A program made the translations under genes and the position numbers. Shown here piece after piece: positions 39,319 through 54,300 of a stretch of DNA of 64,000 nucleotides; position 1 is the stretch's first letter, and the number at the start of each line of letters is the position of its first letter. The notes under the pieces are model-generated. The model was given only the letters and a program-made list of their open reading frames with translations. It was not told the DNA's origin and searched no databases. This DNA comes from the human T2T-CHM13v2.0 reference genome, Homo sapiens, in the NCBI RefSeq assembly GCF_009914755.1, contig NC_060933.1. One strand, given 5' to 3'.

Positions 39319-42300
39319 AGAAGCATTCTCAGAAACTTCCTTGTGATGTGTGTACTCAAGTAACAGAGTTGAACCTTCCTTTTGACAGAGCAGTTTTGAA
39401 GCACTCTTTTTGTAGAATCTGCAAGTGGATATTTTGATACCTTTGAGGATTTCATTGGACACGGGATATCTTCATATAAAATCTAGACAGAAGCATTCTC
39501 AGAAACTTCTTTGTGCTGTATGTCCTCAATTAACAGAGTTGAACCTTTGTGTGGATACAGCATTTTGGAAACATTCCTTTAGTAGAATCTGCAAGTTGAT
39601 ATTTAGATAGCTAGGAAGATTTCCTTGGAAACGGGAATATCTTCATATAAAATCTAGACGGAAGCATTCTCAGAAAGTGCTTTGTGATGTTTGCATTCAA
39701 GTCACAGAGTTGAATATTCCCTTTTATAGAGCAGGTTTGAAACACTCTTTCTGCACTACCTGGAAGTGGACATTTGGAGCGCTTTGAGGCCTATGTTGAA
39801 AAACGAAATATCATCCCATAAAAACTAGACAGAAGCATTCTCAGAAACTTGTTTGTGATGTGTGTATTCAACTAACAGAGATGAACCTTTCTTTTTACAG
39901 AGCAGTTTTGAAACACTCTTTTTGTGGAATCTGAAAGTGGATATTTGGATAGCTTTGAGGATTTCGTTGGAAACGGGATTACATATAAAACCTAGAGAGA
40001 AGCATTCTCAGGAACTTCTTTGTGATGTTTGCCTTCAAGTCACAGGACTGAACATTCCCTTTCATAGAGCAGGTTTGAAACACTCTTTCTGTAGTATCTG
40101 CAAGCTGACGTTTCAAGCGCTTTCAGGCCTATGGTGAGAAAGGAAATATCTTCAAGTAAAAACTAGACAGAAGCATTCTCAGAAACTTATTTGCCATGTG
40201 TGTTCTCAACTAACAGAGTTGAACCTTTGTTTTGATACGGCATTTTGGAAACACTCTTTTTGTAGAATCTGCAGGTGGATATTCGGATAGCTTTGAAGGT
40301 TTCGTTGGAAACGGGAATATCTTCATATAAAATCTTGACGGAAGCATTCTCAGAAACTGCTTTGTGATGTTTTCATTCAAGTCACAGAGTAGAATCTTCC
40401 CTGTTATATACCAGGTTTCAGACACTCTTTCTGCACTACCTGGAAGTGGACATTTGCAGCGCTTTGAGGCCTATGATGAAAAAGGAAATATCTTCCCATA
40501 AAAACTAGACAGAAGCATTCTCAGAAACTTGTTTGTGATGTGTGTATTCAACTAACAGAGATGAACCTTTCTTTTTACAGAGCAGTTTTGAAACACTCTT
40601 TTTGTGGAATCTGAAAGTGGATATTTAGATAGCTTTGAGGATTTCGTTGGAAACGGGATTACATATAAAATCTAGAGAGAAGCATTCTCAGGAACTTCTT
40701 TGTGATGTTTGCATTCACGTCACAGAACTGAACATTCCCTTTCATAGAGCATGTTTGAAACACTCTTTCTGTAGTATCTGCAAACGGACATTTCAAACGC
40801 TTTCAGGCCTATGGTGAGAAAGGAAATATCTTCAAATAAAAACTAGACAGAAGCATTCTCAGAAACTTATTTGCGATGTGTGTCCTCAACTAACAGAGTT
40901 GAACCTTTCTTTTGATACAACATTTTGGAAACACTCTTTTTGTGGAATCTGCAAGTGGATATTTGGATAGCTTTGAAGGTTTCGTTGGAAACGGGAATAT
41001 CTTCATATAAAATCAAGACAGAAGCATTCTCAGAAACTTCTCTGTGATGTTTGCATTCAACTCATAGAGTTGAACACTTCCCTTCATACAGCAGGTTTGA
41101 AACACTCTTTTTGTAATATTTGGAAGTGGACATTTGCAGCGCTTTGAGGCCTATGATGAAAAAGGTAATATCTTCCCATAAAAACTAGACAGAAGCATTC
41201 TCAGAAACTTGTTTGTGATGTGTGTATTCAACTAACAGAGATGAACCTTTCTTTTTACACAGCAGTTTTGAAACACTCTTTTTGTGGAATCTGAAAGTGG
41301 ATATTTGGATAGCTTTGCGGATTTCGTTGGAAACGGGATTACATATAAAATCTAGGGAGAAGCATTCTCAGGAACTTCTTTGTGATGTTTGCATTCAAGT
41401 CACAGAACTGAACATTCCCTTTCATAGAGCAGGTTTGAAACACTCTTTCTGTAGTATCTGCAAGCGGACGTTTTAAGCGCTTTCAGGCCTGTGGTGAGAA
41501 AGGAAATATCTTCAAATAAAAACTAGACAGAAGCATTCTCAGAAACTTATTTGCGATGTGTGTCCTCAACTAACAGAGTTGAACCTTTCTTTTGATACAA
41601 CATTTTGGAAACACTCTTTTTGTAGAATCTGCAAGTGGATATTTGGATAGCTTTGAAGGTTTCGTTGGAAACGGGAATATCTTCATATGAAATCAAAACG
41701 GAAGCATTCTCAGAAACTTCTCTGTGATGTTTGCATTCAACTCATAGAGTTGAACACTTCTCTTCATACAGCAGGTTTGAAACACTCTTTTTCTAATATT
41801 TGGAAGTGGACATTTGCAGCGCTTTGAGGCCTATGTTGAAAAAGGAAATATCTTCTCCTAAAAACCAGACAGAAGCATTCTCAGAAACTTCCTTGTGATG
41901 TGTGTACTCAAGTAACAGAGTTGAACCTTCCTTTTGACAGAGCAGTTTTGAAGCACTCTTTTTGTAGAATCTGCAAGTGGATATTTTGATACCATTGAGG
42001 ATTTCGTTGGACACGGGATATCTTCATATAAAATCTAGACAGAAGCATTCTCAGAAACTTCTTTGTGCTGTATGTCCTCAATTAACAGAGTTGAACCTTT
42101 GTGTGGATACAGCATTTTGGAAACATTCCTTTAGTAGAATCTGCAAGTTGATATTTAGATAGCTAGGAAGAGTTCCTTGGAAACGGGAATATCTTCATAT
42201 AAAATCTAGACGGAAGCATTCTCAGAAAGTGCTTTGTGATGTTTGCATTCAAGTCACAGAGTTGAATGTTCCCTTTTATAGAGCAGGTTTGAAACACTCT

Positions 42301-45300
42301 TTCTGCACTACCTGGAAGTGGACATTTGGAGCGCTTTGAGGCCTATGTTGAAAAAGGAAATATCTTCCCATAAAAACTAGACAGAAGCATTCTCAGAAAC
42401 TTGTTTGTGATGTGTGTATTCAACTAACAGAGATGAACCTTTCTTTTTACAGAGCAGTTTTGAAACACTCTTTTTGTGGAATCTGAAAGTGGATATTTGG
42501 ATAGCTTTGAGGATTTCGTTGGAAACGGGATTACATATAAAACCTAGAGAGAAGCATTCTCAGGAACTTCTTTGTGATGTTTGCATTCAAGTCACAGAAC
42601 TGAACATTCCCTTTCATAGAGCAGGTTTGAAACACTCTTTCTGTAGTATCTGCAAGCTGACGTTTCAAGCGCTTTCAGGCCTATGGTGAGAAAGGAAATA
42701 TCTTCAAGTAAAAACTAGACAGAAGCATTCTCAGAAACTTATTTGCGATGTGTGTTCTCAACTAACAGAGTTGAACCTTTGTTTTGATATGGCATTTTGG
42801 AAACACTCTTTTTGTAGAATCTGCAGGTGGATATTCGGATAGCTTTGAAGGTTTCGTTGGAAACGGGAATATCTTCATATAAAATCTAGACGGAAGCATT
42901 CTCAGAAACTGCTTTGTGATGTTTTCATTCAAGTCACAGAGTAGAATGTTCCCTGTTATATACCAGGTTTGAGACACTCTTTCTGCACTACCTGGAAGTG
43001 GACATTTGCAGCGCTTTGAGGCCTATGATGAAAAAGGAAATATCTTCCCATAAAAACTAGACAGAAGCATTCTCAGAAACTTGTTTGTGATGTGTGTATT
43101 CAACTAACAGAGATGAACCTTTCTTTTTACAGAGCAGTTTTGAAACACTCTTTTTGTGGAATCTGAAAGTGGATATTTGGATAGCTTTGAGGATTTCGTT
43201 GGAAACGGGATTACATATAAAATCTAGAGAGAAGCATTCTCAGGAACTTCTTTGTGATGTTTGCATTCACGTCACAGAACTGAACATTCCCTTTCATAGA
43301 GCATGTTTGAAACACTCTTTCTGTAGTATCTACAAACGGACATTTCAAACGCTTTCAGGCCTATGGTGAGAAAGGAAATATCTTCAAATAAAAACTAGAC
43401 AGAAGCATTCTCAGAAACTTATTTGCGATGTGTGTCCTCAACTAACAGAGTTGAACCTTTCTTTTGATACATTTTGGAAACACTCTTTTTGTAGAATCTG
43501 CAAGTGGATATTTGAATAGCTTTGAAGGTTTCGTTGGAAACGGGAATATCTTCATATAAAATCAAGACAGAAGCATTCTCAGAAACTTCTCTGTGATGTT
43601 TGCATTCAACTCATAGAGTTGAACACTTCCCTTCATACAGCAGGTTTGAAACACTCTTTTTGTAACATTTGGAAGTGGACATTTGCAGCGCTTTGAGGCC
43701 TATGTTGAAAAAGGAAATATCTTCTCCTAAAAACCAGACAGAAGCATTCTCAGAAACTTCCTTGTGATGTGTGTACTCAAGTAACAGAGTTGAACCTTCC
43801 TTTTGACAGAGCAGTTTTGAAGCACTCTTTTTGTAGAATCTGCAAGTGGATATTTTGATACCTTTGAGGATTTCGTTGGACACGGGATATCTTCATATAA
43901 AATCTAGACAGAAGCATTCTCAGAAACTTCTTTGTGCTGTATGTCCTCAATTAACAGAGTTGAACCTTTGTGTGGATACAGCATTTTGGAAACATTCCTT
44001 TAGTAGAATCTGCAAGTTGATATTTAGATAGCTAGGAAGATTTCCTTGGAAACGGGAATATCTTCATATAAAATCTAGACGGAAGCATTCTCAGAAAGTG
44101 CTTTGTGATGTTTGCATTCAAGTCACAGAGTTGAATATTCCCTTTTATAGAGCAGGTTTGAAACACTCTTTCTGCACTACCTGGAAGTGGACATTTGGAG
44201 CGCTTTGAGGCCTATGTTGAAAAAGGAAATATCTTCCCATAAAAACTAGACAGAAGCATTCTCAGAAACTTGTTTGTGATGTGTGTATTCAACTAACAGA
44301 GATGAACCTTTCTTTTTACAGAGCAGTTTTGAAACACTCTTTTTGTGGAATCTGAAAGTGGATATTTGGATAGCTTTGAGGATTTCGTTGGAAACGGGAT
44401 TACATATAAAACCTAGAGAGAAGCATTCTCAGGAACTTCTTTGTGATGTTTGCCTTCAAGTCACAGGACTGAACATTCCCTTTCATAGAGCAGGTTTGAA
44501 ACACTCTTTCTGTAGTATCTGCAAGCTGACGTTTCAAGCGCTTTCAGGCCTATGGTGAGAAAGGAAATATCTTCAAGTAAAAACTAGACAGAAGCATTCT
44601 CAGAAACTTATTTGCCATGTGTGTTCTCAACTAACAGAGTTGAACCTTTGTTTTGATACGGCATTTTGGAAACACTCTTTTTGTAGAATCTGCAGGTGGA
44701 TATTCGGATAGCTTTGAAGGTTTCGTTGGAAACGGGAATATCTTCATATAAAATCTTGACGGAAGCATTCTCAGAAACTGCTTTGTGATGTTTTCATTCA
44801 AGTCACAGAGTAGAATCTTCCCTGTTATATACCAGGTTTCAGACACTCTTTCTGCACTACCTGGAAGTGGACATTTGCAGCGCTTTGAGGCCTATGATGA
44901 AAAAGGAAATATCTTCCCATAAAAACTAGACAGAAGCATTCTCAGAAACTTGTTTGTGATGTGTGTATTCAACTAACAGAGATGAACCTTTCTTTTTACA
45001 GAGCAGTTTTGAAACACTCTTTTTGTGGAATCTGAAAGTGGATGTTTGGATAGCTTTGAGGATTTCGTTGGAAACGGGATTACATATAAAATCTAGAGAG
45101 AAGCATTCTCAGGAACTTCTTTGTGATGTTTGCATTCACGTCACAGAACTGAACATTCCCTTTCATAGAGCATGTTTGAAACACTCTTTCTGTAGTATCT
45201 GCAAACGGACATTTCAAACGCTTTCAGGCCTATGGTGAGAAAGGAAATATCTTCAAATAAAAACTAGACAGAAGCATTCTCAGAAACTTATTTGCGATGT

Positions 45301-48300
45301 GTGTCCTCAACTAACAGAGTTGAACCTTTCTTTTGATACAACATTTTGGAAACACTCTTTTTGTGGAATCTGCAAGTGGATATTTGGATAGCTTTGAAGG
45401 TTTCGTTGGAAACGGGAATATCTTCATATAAAATCAAGACAGAAGCATTCTCAGAAACTTCTCTGTGATGTTTGCATTCAACTCATAGAGTTGAACACTT
45501 CCCTTCATACAGCAGGTTTGAAACACTCTTTTTCTAATATTTGGAAGTGGACTTTTGCAGCGCTTTGAAGCCTATGATGAAAAAGGTAATATCTTCCCAT
45601 AAAAACTAGAAAGAAGCATTCTCAGAAACTTGTTTGTGATGTGTGTATTCAACTAACAGAGATGAACCTTTCTTTTTACAGAGCAGTTTTGAAGCACTCT
45701 TTTTGTAGAATCTGCAAGTGGATATTTTGATACCATTGAGGATTTCGTTGGACACGGGATATCTTCATATAAAATCTAGACAGAAGCATTCTCAGAAACT
45801 TCTTTGTGCTGTATGTCCTCAATTAACAGAGTTGAACCTTTGTGTGGATACAGCATTTTGGAAACATTCCTTTAGTAGAATCTGCAAGTTGATATTTAGA
45901 TAGCTAGGAAGAGTTCCTTGGAAACGGGAATATCTTCATATAAAATCTAGACGGAAGCATTCTCAGAAAGTGCTTTGTGATGTTTGCATTCAAGTCACAG
46001 AGTTGAATGTTCCCTTTTATAGAGCAGGTTTGAAACACTCTTTCTGCACTACCTGGAAGTGGACATTTGGAGCGCTTTGAGGCCTATGTTGAAAAAGGAA
46101 ATATCTTCCCATAAAAACTAGACAGAAGCATTCTCAGAAACTTGTTTGTGATGTGTGTATTCAACTAACAGAGATGAACCTTTCTTTTTACAGAGCAGTT
46201 TTGAAACACTCTTTTTGTGGAATCTGAAAGTGGATATTTGGATAGCTTTGAGGATTTCGTTGGAAACGGGATTACATATAAAACCTAGAGAGAAGCATTC
46301 TCAGGAACTTCTTTGTGATGTTTGCATTCAAGTCACAGAACTGAACATTCCCTTTCATAGAGCAGGTTTGAAACACTCTTTCTGTAGTATCTGCAAGCTG
46401 ACGTTTCAAGCGCTTTCAGGCCTATGGTGAGAAAGGAAATATCTTCAAGTAAAAACTAGACAGAAGCATTCTCAGAAACTTATTTGCGATGTGTGTTCTC
46501 AACTAACAGAGTTGAACCTTTGTTTTGATATGGCATTTTGGAAACACTCTTTTTGTAGAATCTGCAGGTGGATATTCGGATAGCTTTGAAGGTTTCGTTG
46601 GAAACGGGAATATCTTCATATAAAATCTAGACGGAAGCATTCTCAGAAACTACTTTGTGATGTTTTCATTCAAGTCACAGAGTAGAATGTTCCCTGTTAT
46701 ATACCAGGTTTGAGACACTCTTTCTGCACTACCTGGAAGTGGACATTTGCAGCGCTTTGAGGCCTATGATGAAAAAGGAAATATCTTCCCATAAAAACTA
46801 GACAGAAGCATTCTCAGAAACTTGTTTGTGATGTGTGTATTCAACTAACAGAGATGAACCTTTCTTTTTACAGAGCAGTTTTGAAACACTCTTTTTGTGG
46901 AATCTGAAAGTGGATATTTGGATAGCTTTGAGGATTTCGTTGGAAACGGGATTACATATAAAATCTAGAGAGAAGCATTCTCAGGAACTTCTTTGTGATG
47001 TTTGCATTCACGTCACAGAACTGAACATTCCCTTTCATAGAGCATGTTTGAAACACTCTTTCTGTAGTATCTACAAACGGACATTTCAAACGCTTTCAGG
47101 CCTATGGTGAGAAAGGAAATATCTTCAAATAAAAACTAGACAGAAGCATTCTCAGAAACTTATTTGCGATGTGTGTCCTCAACTAACAGAGTTGAACCTT
47201 TCTTTTGATACAACATTTTGGAAACACTCTTTTTGTAGAATCTGCAAGTGGATATTTGAATAGCTTTGAAGGTTTCGTTGGAAACGGGAATATCTTCATA
47301 TAAAATCAAGACAGAAGCATTCTCAGAAACTTCTCTGTGATGTTTGCATTCAACTCATAGAGTTGAACACTTCCCTTCATACAGCAGGTTTGAAACACTC
47401 TTTTTGTAACATTTGGAAGTGGACATTTGCAGCGCTTTGAGGCCTATGTTGAAAAAGGAAATATCTTCTCCTAAAAACCAGACAGAAGCATTCTCAGAAA
47501 CTTCCTTGTGATGTGTGTACTCCAGTAACAGAGTTGAACCTTCCTTTTGACAGAGCAGTTTTGAAGCACTCTTTTTGTAGAATCTGCAAGTGGATATTTT
47601 GATACCTTTGAGGATTTCGTTGGACACGGGATATCTTCATATAAAATCTAGACAGAAGCATTCTCAGAAACTTCTTTGTGCTGTATGTCCTCAATTAACA
47701 GAGTTGAACCTTTGTGTGGATACAGCATTTTGGAAACATTCCTTTAGTAGAATCTGCAAGTTGATATTTAGATAGCTAGGAAGATTTCCTTGGAAACGGG
47801 AATATCTTCATATAAAATCTAGACGGAAGCATTCTCAGAAAGTGCTTTGTGATGTTTGCATTCAAGTCACAGAGTTGAATATTCCCTTTTATAGAGCAGG
47901 TTTGAAACACTCTTTCTGCACTACCTGGAAGTGGACATTTGGAGCGCTTTGAGGCCTATGTTGAAAAACGAAATATCATCCCATAAAAACTAGACAGAAG
48001 CATTCTCAGAAACTTGTTTGTGATGTGTGTATTCAACTAACAGAGATGAACCTTTCTTTTTACAGAGCAGTTTTGAAACACTCTTTTTGTGGAATCTGAA
48101 AGTGGATATTTGGATAGCTTTGAGGATTTCGTTGGAAACGGGATTACATATAAAACCTAGAGAGAAGCATTCTCAGGAACTTCTTTGTGATGTTTGCCTT
48201 CAAGTCACAGGACTGAACATTCCCTTTCATAGAGCAGGTTTGAAACACTCTTTCTGTAGTATCTGCAAGCTGACGTTTCAAGCGCTTTCAGGCCTATGGT

Positions 48301-51300
48301 GAGAAAGGAAATATCTTCAAGTAAAAACTAGACAGAAGCATTCTCAGAAACTTATTTGCCATGTGTGTTCTCAACTAACAGAGTTGAACCTTTGTTTTGA
48401 TACGGCATTTTGGAAACACTCTTTTTGTAGAATCTGCAGGTGGATATTCGGATAGCTTTGAAGGTTTCGTTGGAAACGGGAATATCTTCATATAAAATCT
48501 TGACGGAAGCATTCTCAGAAACTGCTTTGTGATGTTTTCATTCAAGTCACAGAGTAGAATCTTCCCTGTTATATACCAGGTTTCAGACACTCTTTCTGCA
48601 CTACCTGGAAGTGGACATTTGCAGCGCTTTGAGGCCTATGATGAAAAAGGAAATATCTTCCCATAAAAACTAGACAGAAGCATTCTCAGAAACTTGTTTG
48701 TGATGTGTGTATTCAACTAACAGAGATGAACCTTTCTTTTTACAGAGCAGTTTTGAAACACTCTTTTTGTGGAATCTGAAAGTGGATATTTAGATAGCTT
48801 TGAGGATTTCGTTGGAAACGGGATTACATATAAAATCTAGAGAGAAGCATTCTCAGGAACTTCTTTGTGATGTTTGCATTCACGTCACAGAACTGAACAT
48901 TCCCTTTCATAGAGCATGTTTGAAACACTCTTTCTGTAGTATCTGCAAACGGACATTTCAAACGCTTTCAGGCCTATGGTGAGAAAGGAAATATCTTCAA
49001 ATAAAAACTAGACAGAAGCATTCTCAGAAACTTATTTGCGATGTGTGTCCTCAACTAACAGAGTTGAACCTTTCTTTTGATACAACATTTTGGAAACACT
49101 CTTTTTGTGGAATCTGCAAGTGGATATTTGGATAGCTTTGAAGGTTTCGTTGGAAACGGGAATATCTTCATATAAAATCAAGACAGAAGCATTCTCAGAA
49201 ACTTCTCTGTGATGTTTGCATTCAACTCATAGAGTTGAACACTTCCCTTCATACAGCAGGTTTGAAACACTCTTTTTGTAATATTTGGAAGTGGACATTT
49301 GCAGCGCTTTCAGGCCTATGATGAAAAAGGTAATATCTTCCCATAAAAACTAGACAGAAGCATTCTCAGAAACTTGTTTGTGATGTGTGTATTCAACTAA
49401 CAGAGATGAACCTTTCTTTTTACAGAGCAGTTTTGAAACACTCTTTTTGTGGAATCTGAAAGTGGATATTTGGATAGCTTTGCGGATTTCGTTGGAAACG
49501 GGATTACATATAAAATCTAGGGAGAAGCATTCTCAGGAACTTCTTTGTGATGTTTGCATTCAAGTCACAGAACTGAACATTCCCTTTCATAGAGCAGGTT
49601 TGAAACACTCTTTCTGTAGTATCTGCAAGCGGACGTTTTAAGCGCTTTCAGGCCTGTGGTGAGAAAGGAAATATCTTCAAATAAAAACTAGACAGAAGCA
49701 TTCTCAGAAACTTATTTGCGATGTGTGTCCTCAACTAACAGAGTTGAACCTTTCTTTTGATACAACATTTTGGAAACACTCTTTTTGTAGAATCTGCAAG
49801 TGGATATTTGGATAGCTTTGAAGGTTTCGTTGGAAACGGGAATATCTTCATATGAAATCAAGACAGAAGCATTCTCAGAAACTTCTCTGTGATGTTTGCA
49901 TTCAACTCATAGAGTTGAACACTTCCCTTCATACAGCAGGTTTGAAACACTCTTTTTCTAATATTTGGAAGTGGACATTTGCAGCGCTTTGAGGCCTATG
50001 TTGAAAAAGGAAATATCTTCTCCTAAAAACCAGACAGAAGCATTCTCAGAAACTTCCTTGTGATGTGTGTACTCAAGTAACAGAGTTGAACCTTCCTTTT
50101 GACAGAGCAGTTTTGAAGCACTCTTTTTGTAGAATCTGCAAGTGGATATTTTGATACCTTTGAGGATTTCGTTGGACACGGGATATCTTCATATAAAATC
50201 TAGACAGAAGCATTCTCAGAAACTTCTTTGTGCTGTATGTCCTCAATTAACAGAGTTGAACCTTTGTGTGGATACAGCATTTTGGAAACATTCCTTTAGT
50301 AGAATCTGCAAGTTGATATTTAGATAGCTAGGAAGAGTTCCTTGGAAACGGGAATATCTTCATATAAAATCTAGACGGAAGCATTCTCAGAAAGTGCTTT
50401 GTGATGTTTGCATTCAAGTCACAGAGTTGAATGTTCCCTTTTATAGAGCAGGTTTGAAACACTCTTTCTGCACTACCTGGAAGTGGACATTTGGAGCGCT
50501 TTGAGGCCTATGTTGAAAAAGGAAATATCTTCCCATAAAAACTAGACAGAAGCATTCTCAGAAACTTGTTTGTGATGTGTGTATTCAACTAACAGAGATG
50601 AACCTTTCTTTTTACAGAGCAGTTTTGAAACACTCTTTTTGTGGAATCTGAAAGTGGATATTTGGATAGCTTTGAGGATTTCGTTGGAAACGGGATTACA
50701 TATAAAACCTAGAGAGAAGCATTCTCAGGAACTTCTTTGTGATGTTTGCATTCAAGTCACAGAACTGAACATTCCCTTTCATAGAGCAGGTTTGAAACAC
50801 TCTTTCTGTAGTATCTGCAAGCTGACGTTTCAAGCGCTTTCAGGCCTATGGTGAGAAAGGAAATATCTTCAAGTAAAAACTAGACAGAAGCATTCTCAGA
50901 AACTTATTTGCCATGTGTGTTCTCAACTAACAGAGTTGAACCTTTGTTTTGATACGGCATTTTGGAAACACTCTTTTTGTAGAATCTGCAGGTGGATATT
51001 CGGATAGCTTTGAAGGTTTCGTTGGAAACGGGAATATCTTCATATAAAATCTAGACGGAAGCATTCTCAGAAACTGCTTTGTGATGTTTTCATTCAAGTC
51101 ACAGAGTAGAATGTTCCCTGTTATATACGAGGTTTGAGACACTCTTTCTGCACTACCTGGAAGTGGACATTTGCAGCGCTTTGAGGCCTATGATGAAAAA
51201 GGAAATATCTTCCCATAAAAACTAGACAGAAGCATTCTCAGAAACTTGTTTTTGATGTGTGTATTCAACTAACAGAGATGAACCTTTCTTTTTACAGAGC

Positions 51301-54300
51301 AGTTTTGAAACACTCTTTTTGTGGAATCTGAAAGTGGATATTTGGATAGCTTTGAGGATTTCCTTGGAAACGGGATTACATATAAAATCTAGAGAGAAGC
51401 ATTCTCAGGAACTTCTTTGTGATGTTTGCATTCACGTCACAGAACTGAACATTCCCTTTCATAGAGCATGTTTGAAACACTCTTTCTGTAGTATCTGCAA
51501 ACGGACATTTCAAACGCTTTCAGGCCTATGGTGAGAAAGGAAATATCTTCAAATAAAAACTAGACAGAAGCATTCTCAGAAACTTATTTGCGATGTGTGT
51601 CCTCAACTAACAGAGTTGAACCTTTCTTTTGATACAACATTTTGGAAACACTCTTTTTGTAGAATCTGCAAGTGGATATTTGAATAGCTTTGAAGGTTTC
51701 GTTGGAAACGGGAATATCTTCATATAAAATCAAGACAGAAGCATTCTCAGAAACTTCTCTGTGATGTTTGCATTCAACTCATAGAGTTGAACACTTCCCT
51801 TCATACAGCAGGTTTGAAACACTCTTTTTGTAATATTTGGAAGTGGACATTTGCAGCGCTTTGAGGCCTATGATGAAAAAGGAAATATCTTCCCATAAAA
51901 ACTAGACAGAAGCATTCTCAGAAACTTGTTTGTGATGTGTGTATTCAACTAACAGAGATGAACCTTTCTTTTTACAGAGCAGTTTTGAAACACTCTTTTT
52001 GTGGAATCTGAAAGTGGATATTTGGATAGCTTTGCGGATTTCGTTGGAAACGGGATTACATATAAAATCTAGGGAGAAGCATTCTCAGGAACTTCTTTGT
52101 GATGTTTGCATTCAAGTCACAGAACTGAACATTCCCTTTCATAGAGCAGGTTTGAAACACTCTTTCTGTAGTATCTGCAAGCGGACGTTTTAAGCGCTTT
52201 CAGGCCTGTGGTGAGAAAGGAAATATCTTCAAATAAAAACTAGACAGAAGCATTCTCAGAAACTTATTTGCGATGTGTGTCCTCAACTAACAGAGTTGAA
52301 CCTTTCTTTTGATACAACATTTTGGAAACACTCTTTTTGTAGAATCTGCAAGTGGATATTTGGATAGCTTTGAAGGTTTCGTTGGAAACGGGAATATCTT
52401 CATATGAAATCAAGACAGAAGCATTCTCAGAAACTTCTCTGTGATGTTTGCATTCAACTCATAGAGTTGAACACTTCCCTTCATACAGCAGGTTTGAAAC
52501 ACTCTTTTTCTAATATTTCGAAGTGGACATTTGCAGCGCTTTGAGGCCTATGTTGAAAAAGGAAATATCTTCTCCTAAAAACCAGACAGAAGCATTCTCA
52601 GAAACTTCCTTGTGATGTGTGTACTCAAGTAACAGAGTTGAACCTTCCTTTTGACAGAGCAGTTTTGAAGCACTCTTTTTGTAGAATCTGCAAGTGGATA
52701 TTTTGATACCATTGAGGATTTCGTTGGACACGGGATATCTTCATATAAAATCTAGACAGAAGCATTCTCAGAAACTTCTTTGTGCTGTATGTCCTCCATT
52801 AACAGAGTTGAACCTTTGTGTGGATACAGCATTTTGGAAACATTCCTTTAGTAGAATCTGCAAGTTGATATTTAGATAGCTAGGAAGAGTTCCTTGGAAA
52901 CGGGAATATCTTCATATAAAATCTAGACGGAAGCATTCTCAGAAAGTGCTTTGTGATGTTTGCATTCAAGTCACAGAGTTGAATGTTCCCTTTTATAGAG
53001 CAGGTTTGAAACACTCTTTCTGCACTACCTGGAAGTGGACATTTGGAGCGCTTTGAGGCCTATGTTGAAAAAGGAAATATCTTCCCATAAAAACTAGACA
53101 GAAGCATTCTCAGAAACTTGTTTGTGATGTGTGTATTCAACTAACAGAGATGAACCTTTCTTTTTACAGAGCAGTTTTGAAACACTCTTTTTGTGGAATC
53201 TGAAAGTGGATATTTGGATAGCTTTGAGGATTTCGTTGGAAACGGGATTACATATAAAACCTAGAGAGAAGCATTCTCAGGAACTTCTTTGTGATGTTTG
53301 CATTCAAGTCACAGAACTGAACATTCCCTTTCATAGAGCAGGTTTGAAACACTCTTTCTGTAGTATCTGCAAGCTGACGTTTCAAGCGCTTTCAGGCCTA
53401 TGGTGAGAAAGGAAATATCTTCAAGTAAAAACTAGACAGAAGCATTCTCAGAAACTTATTTGCGATGTGTGTTCTCAACTAACAGAGTTGAACCTTTGTT
53501 TTGATATGGCATTTTGGAAACATTCTTTTTGTAGAATCTGCAGGTGGATATTCGGATAGCTTTGAAGGTGTCGTTGGAAACGGGAATATCTTCATATAAA
53601 ATCTAGACGGAAGCATTCTCAGAAACTGCTTTGTGATGTTTTCATTCAAGTCACAGAGTAGAATGTTCCCTGTTATATACCAGGTTTGAGACACTCTTTC
53701 TGCACTACCTGGAAGTGGACATTTGCAGCGCTTTGAGGCCTATGATGAAAAAGGAAATATCTTCCCATAAAAACTAGACAGAAGCATTCTCAGAAACTTG
53801 TTTGTGATGTGTGTATTCAACTAACAGAGATGAACCTTTCTTTTTACAGAGCAGTTTTGAAACACTCTTTTTGTGGAATCTGAAAGTGGATATTTGGATA
53901 GCTTTGAGGATTTCGTTGGAAACGGGATTACATATAAAATCTAGAGAGAAGCATTCTCAGGAACTTCTTTGTGATGTTTGCATTCACGTCACAGAACTGA
54001 ACATTCCCTTTCATAGAGCAGGTTTGAAACACTCTTTCTGTAGTATCTGCAAGCGGACGTTTTAAGCGCTTTCAGGCCTGTGGTGAGAAAGGAAATATCT
54101 TCAAATAAAAACTAGACAGAAGCATTCTCAGAAACTTATTTGCGATGTGTGTCCTCAACTAACAGAGTTGAACCTTTCTTTTGATACAACATTTTGGAAA
54201 CACTCTTTTTGTAGAATCTGCAAGTGGATATTTGCATAGCTTTGAAGGTTTCGTTGGAAACGGGAATATCTTCATATAAAATCAAGACAGAAGCATTCTC

